Below, piece after piece: positions 23,608 to 35,311 of a stretch of DNA of 37,037 bases; position 1 is the first letter of the stretch, and every line of letters starts with the position of its first letter. Source of the DNA: Macrostomum lignano (lineage: Eukaryota); the NCBI GenBank assembly GCA_002269645.1, contig NIVC01004721.1, forward strand, positions 1 through 37,037, given 5' to 3'. The notes beneath the pieces are model-generated. The model ran no database searches. It was not told the DNA's origin and saw nothing but the letters and a program-made list of their open reading frames with translations. A program made the translations under genes and the position numbers.

Positions 23608-25677
23608 GACTGAGGTGGACAGCTGAAGGATCCGGAGGCGACTGAGTTGGGACAACTGAAGTATCTGAAACTGACTGAGGTGGGACAACTGAAGTATCTG
23701 AAACTGACTGAGGTGGACAGCTGAAGTATCTGAAACTGACTGAGGTGGACAGCTGAAGTATCTTGAGGTGACTGAGGTGGACAGCTGAAGTATCTGAAAC
23801 TGACTGAAGTGGACAGCTGAAGTATCTGAAACTGACTGAGGTGGACAGCTGAAGTATCTGGAGGTGACTGAGGTGGACAGCTGAAGTATCTGGAGGTGAC
23901 TGAGGTGGACAGCTGAAGTATCTTGAGGTGACTGAAGTGGACAGCTAAAGTATCTGAAACTGACTGAAGTGGACAGCTGAAGTATCTGGAGGTGACTGAG
24001 GTGGACAGCTGAAGTATCTGAACTGACTGAGGGGGACAGCTGAAGTATCTGAACTGACTGAGGTGGACAGCTGAAGTATCTGAACTGACTGAGGTGGGCA
24101 GCTGAAGTATCTGAACTGAATGAGGTGGACAGCTGAAGTATCTTGAGGTGACTGAAGTGGACAGCTGAAGTATCTGAAACTGACTGAGTTGGGACAACTG
24201 AAGTATCTGAAACTGACTGAGGTGGACAGCTGAAGTATCTGAAACTGACTGAGGTGGACAGCTGAAGTATCTTGAGGTGACTGAAGTGGACAGCTGAAGT
24301 ATCTGAAACTGACTGAGGTGGACAGCTGAAGTATCTGAAACTGACTGAGGTGGACAGCTGAAGTATCTTGAGGTGACTGAGTTGGGACAACTGAAGTATC
24401 TGAAACTGACTGAGGTGGGACAACTGAAGTATCTGAAACTGACTGAGGTGGACAGCTGAAGTATCTGAAACTGACTGAGGTGGACAGCTGAAGTATCTTG
24501 AGGTGACTGAGGTGGACAGCTGAAGTATCTGAAACTGACTGAAGTGGACAGCTGAAGTATCTGAAACTGACTGAGGTGGACAGCTGAAGTATCTGGAGGT
24601 GACTGAGGTGGACAGCTGAAGTATCTGGAGGTGACTGAGGTGGACAGCTGAAGTATCTTGAGGTGACTGAAGTAGACAGCTAAAGTATCTGAAACTGACT
24701 GAAGTGGACAGCTGAAGTATCTGAAACTGACTGAGGTGGACAGCTGAAGTATCTGAAACTGACTGAAGTGGACAGCTGAAGTATCTTGAGGTGACTGAGG
24801 TGGACAACTGAAGTATCTGAAACTGACTGAGGTGGGACAACTGAAGTATCTGAAACTGACTGAGGTGGGACAGCTGAAGTATCTGAAACTGACTGAGGTG
24901 GACAGCTGAAGTATCTGAAACTGACTGAGGTGGACAGCTGAAGTATCTTGAGGTGACTGAGGTGGACAGCTGAAGTATCTGAAACTGACTGAAGTGGACA
25001 GCTGAAGTATCTGAAACTGACTGAAGTGGACAGCTGAAGTATCTGAAACTGACTGAGGTGGACAGCTGAAGTATCTGGAGGTGACTGAGGTGGACAGCTG
25101 AAGTATCTTGAGGTGACTGAGGTGGACAACTGAAGTATCTGAAACTGACTGAGGTGGGACAACTGAAGTATCTGAAACTGACTGAGGTGGGACAACTGAA
25201 GTATCTGAAACTGACTGAGGTGGACAGCTGAAGTATCTGAAACTGACTGAGGTGGACAGCTGAAGTATCTTGAGGTGACTGAGGTGGACAGCTGAAGTAT
25301 CTGAAACTGACTGAAGTGGACAGCTGAAGTATCTGAAACTGACTGAAGTGGACAGCTGAAGTATCTGAAACTGACTGAGGTGGACAGCTGAAGTATCTGG
25401 AGGTGACTGAGGTGGACAGCTGAAGTATCTTGAGGTGACTGAAGTGGACAGCTAAAGTATCTGAAACTGACTGAAGTGGACAGCTGAAGTATCTGGAGGT
25501 GACTGAGGTGGACAGCTGAAGTATCTGAACTGACTGAGGGGGACAGCTGAAGTATCTGAACTGACTGAGGTGGACAGCTGAAGTATCTGAACTGACTGAG
25601 GTGGGCAGCTGAAGTATCTGAACTGAATGAGGTGGACAGCTGAAGTATCTGAACTGAATGAGGTGGACAGCTGAAGT
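23608..25677. repeat. 32-bp minisatellite (gtatctgaaactgactgaggtggacagctgaa), about 65 units, with higher-order structure
   Basis: Direct inspection; the longest array in the window. Confidence 0.96.
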
Positions 25678-25799
25678 ATAGCAGATAGCAGAATAGCAGA
25701 AATAGCAGAAATAAGACCTAAACCCAGAATATAAAAAATGGATAGACTATGTTAAATAAGAAACTCTACAGTACAGTTAGAACAATTAGTAGATCTTAC

Positions 25800-25802
25800 C
25801 AT
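25800..25802 (-). CDS. p130CAS: Candidate first coding exon of the Cas gene (Met only)
   Basis: The minus strand reads tttcATG|GTAAGA. A phase-0 splice to 22060 gives MALLAKALYDN. Short first coding exons are typical of Cas genes. No transcript evidence. Confidence 0.4.
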
Positions 25803-26465
25803 GAAACTATTAATTAGCCAATTTGTTCACCTTGTCTTTGAAGCCTAGTCTCTTCTTGTTATTTTGGCAGCCCTATTTTGTCGAAAATAGAGAAACGATT
25901 GGAATTAAATAGATTTAATTTCAGAAAAAAATAAATAATGCGCCAGTAATTTAAAAGCCTGTTTAGCTACTACTGGCTCTGTCTCTAATGCAGTTTTGCT
26001 GGGCCTTAAAATTTCAGCCAGCCCTATACCTGCCAATGCGAGCACAGCTGATGTGGACAAGCAGATAAACCCGTGTAATTATGGTTGGCACTGTGCAACT
26101 AAGGCTAATAAATCGCTTTCTTTTAGATTGATAAGGGTCGCCGCGGCATAGCTGTGTACAGGTGCAGTGACCATTGGCTAGAAGCCTTCATGTCTTAGGC
26201 TAGCAGTTTATTTATCAAACCGTATCATTCCGTTAGCTAAAAATGTGCAATTAAACTGGGGCAGCCAGGCGATTGATCATTAAATAGCAGAAATATTCAT
26301 TCTACGCTACTTACGACAGCTTGTAAGTAGGCACAAAAATTTGATGTTACACTAAATATACCAAGCTCATAAGATCTGTTCTGGGTGGATGAAAGTGAAT
26401 GACTCATCACAAAATCACTAATCCTTCGATCTTTTCTAAGTCGGTAATCTTTAACTGTTTTTCGT

Positions 26466-26532
26466 GTCACGTGACTAAGTTCAGCTTAGCAGAGGGAGGT
26501 CAGAGCGTCAGAGCGAGAAATGCATGGTAAGC
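26466..26532 (+). promoter_or_regulatory. Palindromic E-box GTCACGTGAC followed by a candidate micro-exon ATGCATG|GTAAGC
   Basis: A perfect 10-bp palindrome at 26466-26475, ATG at 26520 and a donor at 26527. Splicing to the acceptor ending at 27686 is in frame with the thymosin ORF. Confidence 0.35.
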
Positions 26533-27739
26533 TGACTCGTCTTACATTTTGTGCTTGACTCCGGTTTCCTGTCAGCAAAGATACGAGTACTAGCGCAGTG
26601 TAAGTCAGCAAAGACAAGGAATCCTATTTGTCCTATTTTAGTATTTTATCACAGAGAGAGCGAAGCAAGGCATGCTTTACGAACAACGACCAAATAGAAT
26701 AGAATAAAAATATTATATCACTTGAAGTGTTGGATTTAAGAGCAGCAACACAGCAAATTGATTTTATTGAAGTTATTTATCACCAATAGCGCAGTTATGC
26801 CTATGGTTATGCTTGGCCTTCGAGTTGAATTTTGTTAACATTTTTACTTGGTTAGGTTTTCCAATGCGAAATTAACACCAAAATTAGGTTTGGCTCTTAA
26901 AAAATTCGATTTCACGCGGTTTCACTCATAATCGTGTCTTTTTGAGCTAAAAATACGAGCGCTTCCTCTATCTGATAAGTCGGCAATCGGCATTACCAAT
27001 GTTATAGTATAAAACCTTTTCTTTTTATTATCAGAGAGACCTTTGCAACCTTTTAATTTAAAATGCTAGTGCATTTAAATTAAAACAACTGCGCGCGTCT
27101 TTTACATGTAATATATTCGCGAATACCAACCAAGCGAGCTATTTTTTTATACGATAGTATATCTGCCTTGTGCGCACTATAAATAAGTTATTAACTGCGG
27201 AAATAAACAAGTCTTGTGATTGTGGTATACAACTGTACATAGCACACACTATCTATACAGCAAGGCCGGCTTACTAATAAATGCTGGCCCTGTTTAAGGA
27301 ATTATCGACCCAGCCAGCAAGAAGCACCAGCACCCCCAGGAAGAAATCTCCTCCTCTCCTCAAGCCCGCTAGCGGGGCGGGCGAGTGCCGGGTTTCAAAA
27401 ACTAATCAGCAAAGCGAGTCACCCCGTTCTTTTCGTCCGCGGCAGTTCAACCCCCGGTCACGAATGTACATAAAATGTACATTGTGTCCGCCCCGCGGAG
27501 ACTCACTCATTCTTCTCTCCACTCACCCCGAGGAAGAGCTGCGTATGTACATTCAAGACTGTACGGTGCCTGTGGTCCTCGATAGATTTTCTAACCCTCT
27601 GTCCTTCCTATACTTCTTAACTTCTACCATATAATCGTGTGCTCCATTCCGGTACAAGAAAGCACCAAGCCCTTATTTTACAACAGACCTTCCGTATAGC
27701 GCTTTAGCACATCACACAGACGGATTAAAGCCTATCAAA

Positions 27740-28096
27740 ATGGCCGACCCGAATGCAGTCCTGACCGACATCAACAAGTTCAACAAGGACCAGATGCACC
27801 ATGTTGAGGTAACTGAGAAGACCCACCTGCCAGACAAGGAGCAGGTTGAAAGCGAACGCAAAGAGGTCCAGCTGCGCCAGGAAATCGAACAGGACCACCA
27901 GCTACATCACGTCAAGGTCGAAGAGAAAGTACAACTGCCATCCCCAGACGACATCGCCCAGGAGAGGCAGGAGATGCAGCTTCGAGCCGAGATCGAGGGC
28001 CAGCACTCGCTGAAGCATGTCGACCCGCTCGTGCGCAACAGCCTGCCAGACGCCGAGGCCATCGCCGAGGAGAAGAAGGCGCTCGGCAAGGAGTGA
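27740..28096 (+). CDS. Multi-repeat (three-repeat) beta-thymosin / WH2 actin-binding protein, ciboulot/tetrathymosin-like
   Basis: 118-aa uninterrupted ORF with aaaATG context. Three repeats at 36-aa period: MHHVEVTEKTHLP, LHHVKVEEKVQLP, LKHVDPLVRNSLP, each followed by xxxIxxE[RK]. An acceptor (ttattttacaacag) ends at 27686. Confidence 0.9.
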   Translation: MADPNAVLTDINKFNKDQMHHVEVTEKTHLPDKEQVESERKEVQLRQEIEQDHQLHHVKVEEKVQLPSPDDIAQERQEMQLRAEIEGQHSLKHVDPLVRNSLPDAEAIAEEKKALGKE

Positions 28097-29159
28097 ATGA
28101 TCACACCTCAGAGCACAGCATTAACTCTCATGATATACCGTATAACGTAAATAATCCTGATAAGGGGTAAACTGGGGTTAAATGGCATCATAGGCATCGG
28201 TCACTCTTTCTTATCTAACAAAATTTCGATCTATTCGAATAGTATTGCAACTGAAGTACTTTTAATTCAGCCGTCATTTATCGCTGCTAGACTGATGGAC
28301 TCAATTATTGAGAATTGCTACCGATGAGATGATATACTTTTTCTAATCCATGTATGTGATTGACACTGAGTGAGTGAGTCCCTGACCTACTAATCTCCAA
28401 CAAATCCTGATTGTATCAACACTAAAGGCAAAGCAGTTTTTTTATCTCGTAGTTCACTCGCTGGTTGGTCATCAATTTTTTCGTGCAAATGAATGTTTTT
28501 TACTACTTATATTCCTACAATTACTAAGTTATTTATTAATTAATTAGCTTACGCCTTACTGATGCTACATTATCCCAAACCTAATTAGTTGTTAATTAAA
28601 GTAACATTTACAAGACAACTCAATAGGAAAAAGTAGCTGTTTTTATAAATAATGAAATTTTCCCTCTGCTTTATTGCCGTCATCAGAAATTTAATTTTTA
28701 AGATTTAAAAAATTTAATTGAATTGCAATTTCTTGTACGAATTTTTCTTAAACTTTTGTTACAACACTTACCTACAGTAGTATGATTTAATACGCGTTGA
28801 CCTCTGACGTTTAGTTTAACTATTAATACATTGCTCTCTTTTAGTTACCTTGTTTAATTAATTTACTGTATATTACAATTAAATTGTTTCCTTTTCTACA
28901 CCTTGGTTGTTGGGCTTTGAAATACCAAAATCGAGTGCCGTCTTAAACGCAAATTAAATATATATATGCAATTCCATCGCTTGCTCGCTTTTGAGCACCT
29001 GGGCTTCGTAAGTTCGAAAGTTGTATGGCCTTTTGTTTAAGAGATAATTATTTCTTGTAGAATTATGCTGGAAATCACAGCCTGCCTTTCGTTGGGGAGG
29101 GGGGGGCAACAAAGGAAGAAGGTCATAAAACCCTCATCGTTTAGATTCCATATTCACCG

Positions 29160-30125
29160 GATCCCTGACTCTCTGATCCCCTGACTCTCCCATTCCCTGA
29201 CTCTCCGATTCCCTGACTCTCCGATTCCCTGACTCTCCGATTTCCTGATTCTACCATTTCCTGACTCTCCCATTCCCTGATTCTCCGATTCACTGACTCT
29301 ACCATTTCCTGACTCTCGCATTCCCTGACTCTCCGATTCCCTGACTCTCCGATTCCCTGACTCTACCATTTCCTGACTCTCCATTCCCTGATTCTCCGAT
29401 TCCCTGACTCTCCGATTCCCTCACTCTACCATTCCCTGACTCTCCGATTCCCTGACTCTCCGATTCCCTGACTTTCCGATTACCTGACTCTCCGATTCCC
29501 TGACTCTACCATTTCCTGACTCTACCATTCCCTGACTCTCCGATTCCCTGACTCTACCATTTCCTGACTCTACCATTCCCTGACTCTTCGATTCCCTGAC
29601 TCTCCGATTCCCTGACACTCCGATTCCTTGACTCTCCGATTCCCTGACTCTCCGATTCCCTGACTCTCCGATTCCCTGACTCTCCGATTCCCTGACTCTC
29701 CGATTCCCTGACTCTCCGATTCCCCGACTCTCCGATTCCCTGACTCTTCGATTCTCTAGCTGACTCTCCGATTCCCTGACTCTCCGATTCTCTAGCTGAC
29801 TCTCCCATTCCCCAGCTGACTCTCCCATTCCCCAGCTGACTCTCCCATTCCCCAGCTGACTCTCCCATTCCCCAGCTGACTCTCCCATTCCCCAGCTGAC
29901 TCTCCCATTCCCCAGCTGACTCTCCCATTCCCCAGCTGACTCTCCCATTCCCCAGCTGACTCTCCCATTCCCCAGCTGACTCTCCCATTCCCCAGCTGAC
30001 TCTCCCATTCCCCAGCTGACTCTCCCATTCCCCAGCTGACTCTCCCATTCCCCAGCTGACTCTCCCATTCCCCAGCTGACTCTCCCATTCCCCAGCTGAC
30101 TCTCCCATTCCCCAGCTGACTCCAG
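29160..30125. repeat. Composite array: 16-bp unit (ccctgactctccgatt) changing to a homogeneous 20-bp unit (ccattccccagctgactctc)
   Basis: The transition lies at about 29750-29810; the 20-mer block is essentially invariant. Confidence 0.95.
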
Positions 30126-32324
30126 TTGACTCTCGTTTCCCTGACTCTCTGTTTTCCCGACTTTGATTCCATGAGTCTCTAATTCCCTGAGTCTGATTCC
30201 CGGATTCCAGGATTTTCTGACTCTCCGAGGCCCTGACCCCCACGGCGTAGAGAGTGTACATACAGACGGTATACATGTTCATGTAAATGCGCATCTTTGT
30301 CTTCTACTAATTATTTGAAACAATATCTATATGTTCGGCTTTAGCTTGTTTATCTCTGAACAGAAACTCGACCATCCAAGTTATATCAAGAGTTTCACCA
30401 TGACTAAATCCAACGCATTTAACTGGCTTTAAAAAGCTACGACCGCCTTCTGCAACCCCCACACAGAAAGTATCGGAACGATAGTCGAAACCGCGCAGCT
30501 ATGCACGCGCGGTGACTCATCGACCTTATACGCTCGCATTTCAGCCAAGGGATTGGTCAAGGGAATGTCTAGTTTATTGCATCATTTTTTAACATAGTTA
30601 ACCATAATCGCGATCGCTTGGTTGCTGCGAAAAGAGGCCTTGCTTGTCTGTCTGCCCGCTCACACTACACTGCCCCTGTATGAGTGACGCTCCTATTGCT
30701 GGATAGCAATACATGTATAATCTAGGTCGAGGTTCGATTGAGGATAAGAGTTTGCACCGTAATTATTATCGCCCCTACGGCTCGAGAATGCATGCAGGGG
30801 AATCCGTTCATTGATGGATAACGAAGTCATACATCGGCTGAACGTCGCTAACAGCACAGAGAGCGTACATGGCTGCCCAAAAGTCAGGACCGCTGTAAAC
30901 CCTGTGTTGCATCCGTGTGCGGAACCATTGTACCATGCAGCCAAGATACTCACCGGCACTTGAATTTCAACGTAGACGCGTGGAGTTTTGTTAAAATTGT
31001 TGCACCACGAATAGCCGTTGGCGAGAGCGGACTGCCGATGTTCGACCTCATCGTCAGACATGATTTTGCGTGCAGCTATTGATTTGCAGAAGTTTAGTTG
31101 CACTTCGAGTGGAATAAGCTTAAGCGATTGTTAAAAATTCAGCACATGTTCTATACCAATGGAATAAAATCACCTGCAGCAAAAAGAGTTGCTATATAAC
31201 AGTGTTATGAAATGGGGGGAGCAATTTTGCAGATTACTACGCCCTCTCTACGCTGGCCGCCACATCGACGGCATGTTTGGGATTTTAACGGTGTGCGGTT
31301 GGCCCCCACCAGTGCAGCGAGGGCGGACCGGGGATTATTAGCTTATAGGCTGGTTGGCAGCCACAGGTCGGTAGGTCGGGGGAGAGAGATAGGTTCGGAA
31401 TACGCTTCTTGGGAAGAAAACAGTCATAGGAGGATGAGGATATCGGATGGGTCGGACCGGGGTCGAGTGGCTTCGCCGCCTCGATGGCAGGCATGCAACT
31501 ATTGCGCGAGCCAAGCCAGCCATTACGAGCGCATTGGTAAGTGGTGTGGTGTGTGTGCCCATGTGTGTGTGTATTGAATGTGCGCTGCAGCTGTAGCTGC
31601 TTCAGAAAATACGGAAGAAACACGTGCGCCTGGGGGGAGCTTGGGGGGGGGGTTCATTGGAGGGGAGCGCCCCTTGTTGGATAAAGAACCAGCTGGGATA
31701 GGCGTGGGCCCCAGAAAACGGCTGCATGGACAAACGTCCGCAGGAGTTGTTCAAGCAATTGCTACCCAAGCGCCGCAGCTTTATACAGCCCCTCTAATTT
31801 CTCCGCGTCGACCGACCAATTTGCAACTCGTCTTCGAAAGCAGCGAACCGCTACAGTCGTACATGTATATTCCGCTGGCCTGTGGGACGCAACAAAACTT
31901 GCACTTAACAGTGTAAGGTCGATCCCAACCAAAACGCATGTAGTTGCAACAGGCAAAATCAAAGCACAGAAAAATAAGAAAGCAAAAGAATGTTTTTTAC
32001 TGCATGCATTTTTGCAGCCACAGCCGCAGACATGAAGTTTGTGCTGTAGAAAACAAACGGCCTGCTTGCTTCTTGTATGCAAATTACGCTAGAACTTGAC
32101 TGTTTCTGGAATCGCTTACAGTAAAAAAGCTTTCCATCCTAATCTGCTTCTTGTTGCGCGATTCTGCATAGCATGCTAATGACAATTGTCTGCGATTTAT
32201 TTATTTAATTTTGGAACTAAGGGCATGGTAGAGCTGAAATTTTTCGTTGAATACACAGAGTAAATTTTCTTAATTCATAAAAAGAGAAAATACGCAGTTA
32301 CACTTAAAGCAATCACGCAGGGTC

Positions 32325-32440
32325 TCTCGATTCCCCAGCTGACTCTCCGATTCCCTGTCTCTCCGATTCCCCAGCTGACTCTCTGATTCCCCAGCTGACT
32401 CTCCGATCCGATTCTCTGACTCTCTAATATCCTGACTTCC
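32325..32440. repeat. Short dispersed copy of the 16/20-bp family at 29160-30125
   Basis: gattccccagctgactctcc units. Confidence 0.85.
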
Positions 32441-32483
32441 CTGACAAAATATGTTGTCCAATATCAATATCAACAGCATCCCC

Positions 32484-32633
32484 ATCCATCATGAACAACA
32501 ACAACGACAACAACAACAACAACAACAGCAACAACGACAACAACAACAACAACGACGACAAAAACAACAACAAAAACAACAACAAAACCAAAACAACAAC
32601 AACAACAACAAAAACAACAACAGCAACAACAAC

Positions 32634-32667
<34 letters not shown>

Positions 32668-32670
32668 ACG

Positions 32671-32716
<46 letters not shown>

Positions 32717-32717
32717 C
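32484..32717. repeat. (CAA)n microsatellite
   Basis: Direct inspection; the source of the poly-Q/N/T ORFs. Confidence 0.97.
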
Positions 32718-33439
32718 TGGTGATGGTGCACGACGGTTAGGTGGATGGTGACGGAAAGAAACGGAGGAGCGGCGAGCGTCTGCACGTGGAACGACGGCAA
32801 GGAGCTCGTAAAATTGGCTGCGGCAGGCGAAATTGTGCAGCTTACTAATGGTGGCAGAGAAGACGGGTTACACTGGCCCTAGCTGGACATTATCGAAGAG
32901 CCTGAGACCAAACAGCGCCCTCATTCTGACTGATAGCAAAGCCGCCATCATGACTACAGCGAGAGAAAGAGTCACCCAAAGCAAGAGCCAGTACGGCCAA
33001 CGGCCAGGCTGATCAAACGTTTGAGAATTAAGGCTAACAAATGGTGGTACTTGTCAGGGAGTACGAAATTTTCCTTCGGGAAGTTTCCCCATGGAAGTTT
33101 GCCCACAGTTGCATTTCACCTACATTAATTCAATTTATTGACGACTATTAAAGTTTATACAGTAAATCTATGCTAGCTAGCAATGCGCTATACTCAATAT
33201 TACCTTAATTAGACACCTAAAGTACATGGATTCACATCTTTTAATCACATATATCTGGTAACTGGTTCTAATGATCACGCGATCTGGAGCCCAGAAATCC
33301 TCAAACCCGTCCCTAACAGCACTAAGGAGTAAATAAATTAAGGATTCCTTGTTAAAATGAGAGATTTACGAGCGTAAAAGCGAAATTTGAGGATCTAGAG
33401 TTCTTGTTACGAAGTTCAAAGTTCTGTGCAAAGTTCAAT

Positions 33440-34020
33440 CTCGCAGTCAATTTCATAGACCCGTCGTATGTCACGATCCAGTGGATCCCAGGCCATACAT
33501 GTACATGTATGGGGATTCCGGGCAACGAAAGAACGAAACAACGAAGCAGCTCTCAGCTACCTGAGAAACAGCTGGAGATCCGATGCGTTCTACGCACGAC
33601 TAAGAGCAGTTTACAGCAGCAAGATCGAGCAGGCCGACGTCGGTAGAAGGACTGCAACGTACGTTGTTGGCACAGCCAAGGACAGGGCACTGCAGATGTA
33701 CTCGTACCAGATACTGGAGGCAAAAGGTCGGTTTGGAGCCGGTGGATGCCTGTGAGGACTGCGGAGAAAGCGAAGATAATAAAGACCAATGGTGGAGTTG
33801 TGCACGTTGGGACGGCCTCCACAAAAGACTAGGGATGGAGTCAGTCTCTGACCTGAGAAAGGAGGGGATTTGGTGGTAAATTTCCCCAGGGCGGCTCACC
33901 TGCAGTAAGTGGATTGCCTGAGAGGGATGCATGCTCCGTTGACATACACAACGACGCAAGATATTCACACTCAACAACCGCAACAACAGCAGCACGACAG
34001 TCATGAACAACAACACCAAA
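33440..34020 (+). mobile_element. Decayed 3' end of an RNase-H-bearing non-LTR retrotransposon (LINE)
   Basis: VTIQWIPGH...GIPGNER (RNase H C-terminal motif), then in a shifted frame VLAQPRTGHC...CEDCGESED...WWSCARW (decayed C-terminal zinc motif). A degenerate CAA-rich tract lies at about 33970-34020. Several frameshifts. Confidence 0.7.
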
Positions 34021-35311
34021 TGTTGTAATATCGTAGCGCCTCCAACCGAATCTGGGGCACCGGCGTCAGCCAGCAGGCAGGCGACGAATAAACGCCCAGT
34101 GCGTGCGCCTGTCCTGGTCTGCAGCATCAGCAGCAACGGTCGTTCCGCACCGATTTTATAAGACTCAGCGCGGGATGATGGGGCCTGCCATCTGGAGTCG
34201 CAGCAGGTCGCTTGGATGGACCATGCAGGCAGCATTGTTGACTCGTTCGATCGTCGCTGCATATCTTGAAGACGGCGCGGCGCGGTACTAGCAGGTCAGC
34301 GCGCGTCGCGTCAACTTGCTTTTCGAACGAAACTGTCGGCGTCCAGGTCTCGGCGTGCTGGATCTCGGTCAGGTAGGGTCTCTCCGACTGCAGGACTATA
34401 CATACCCGTGACAAACGAAGCCGCCCGGAACCGCTCGTCCGTCGATATCGATTGCTGCTATTTGATCATTCTTATAGCTTAATGACTGCATAAGTGCAAC
34501 AGAAGTGCAACAGAATGATAAAATAGATTCATAAAGCCATGCAATGAGTCAAGTTGTGCTATTTTTATTATTATTAGGCACATAAAATTTACATGTACGA
34601 TTGTACATGTACGTGTAGGGTATAAAATTAACAAAGAATGTTATGAATTCTACGGCAAAAAATATGAATATCAATAGAGCTATAAGAAAGAAGGCAAGAA
34701 ATCAAAAGATGAACATTGGGTCTGCCTCTTATCTTTTGTGCTGAAAACAACAACTTTTGTGCTGAAAAATGAGAGCCTCCTACAGTTGCATCTCGTAATG
34801 TATGCAGTACAGTATTTTTCGGTAATAACTGCCTCCTAAAAGTTTCCTGTCCGACTTTATAGTCCTTGACTTGAAATATACATGCACATGAAAAGTGTAC
34901 TTAATTTCGAAGATATACACATGTAACATGTACCAATTGTTGAATGCATGCACTAGCTGCATGGCAACAAGTCAATATAGTCAAGGCGTCACGCAATAAC
35001 AGTGAGAGGCGCATCTCATGCAATTGGTGGAACCGATCTGTCGAAAAGCAGCTGTGATTGCAAACTCTTACATATAATTCTTTTTCTCGAAAACATTCTT
35101 CGATTCAGAACCTCGGGTATGCAGAATCGACATCATGTATTAGCTATAGTACAAGGGTTTTGGGGAATTAAAAAGTTAAAAAATGTTGAACACGCACACT
35201 GCAATTTATAAGAGTCACGCACCTGACTTTCTCTTGCTGTACATGCACTATGTATGAGTATAGAGTACATGAATGCCGTACCAGCTGTAAAATGGGTGCC
35301 AGGGGAACGCT

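Noticed and set aside
11055-25677. Regularly spaced 28-39 bp repeats superficially like CRISPR arrays
   Set aside because: Units are head-to-tail without unique spacers, the context is eukaryotic, and there are no cas genes. The Cas gene here is the Crk-associated substrate, which is unrelated.
27281-27634. 117-aa ORF upstream of the thymosin
   Set aside because: No recognisable domain; it overlaps the probable promoter, 5' UTR and intron of the thymosin gene.
3086-30294. Long repetitive ORFs (LGQT x60, GCQEINRD, CLLVHFP, GVFIGVRR, HLSQFQIL, GESAGEWES and others)
   Set aside because: They are translations of tandem arrays lying in introns or between genes. They are often open in several frames and on both strands, lack splice context, and have no domain similarity.
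30693-32082. Several 70-136 aa ORFs on both strands
   Set aside because: No recognisable homology, mutually overlapping, and no consistent splice pattern.
32451-32800. Poly-Q, poly-N, poly-T and poly-L/C ORFs
   Set aside because: Pure (CAA)n microsatellite translation with no linked coding exon.
33900-34414. Minus-strand frame with several TGA codons among Cys residues, suggesting a selenoprotein
   Set aside because: Explained as the antisense of CAA/CAG-rich sequence; no SECIS-like element was recognised.
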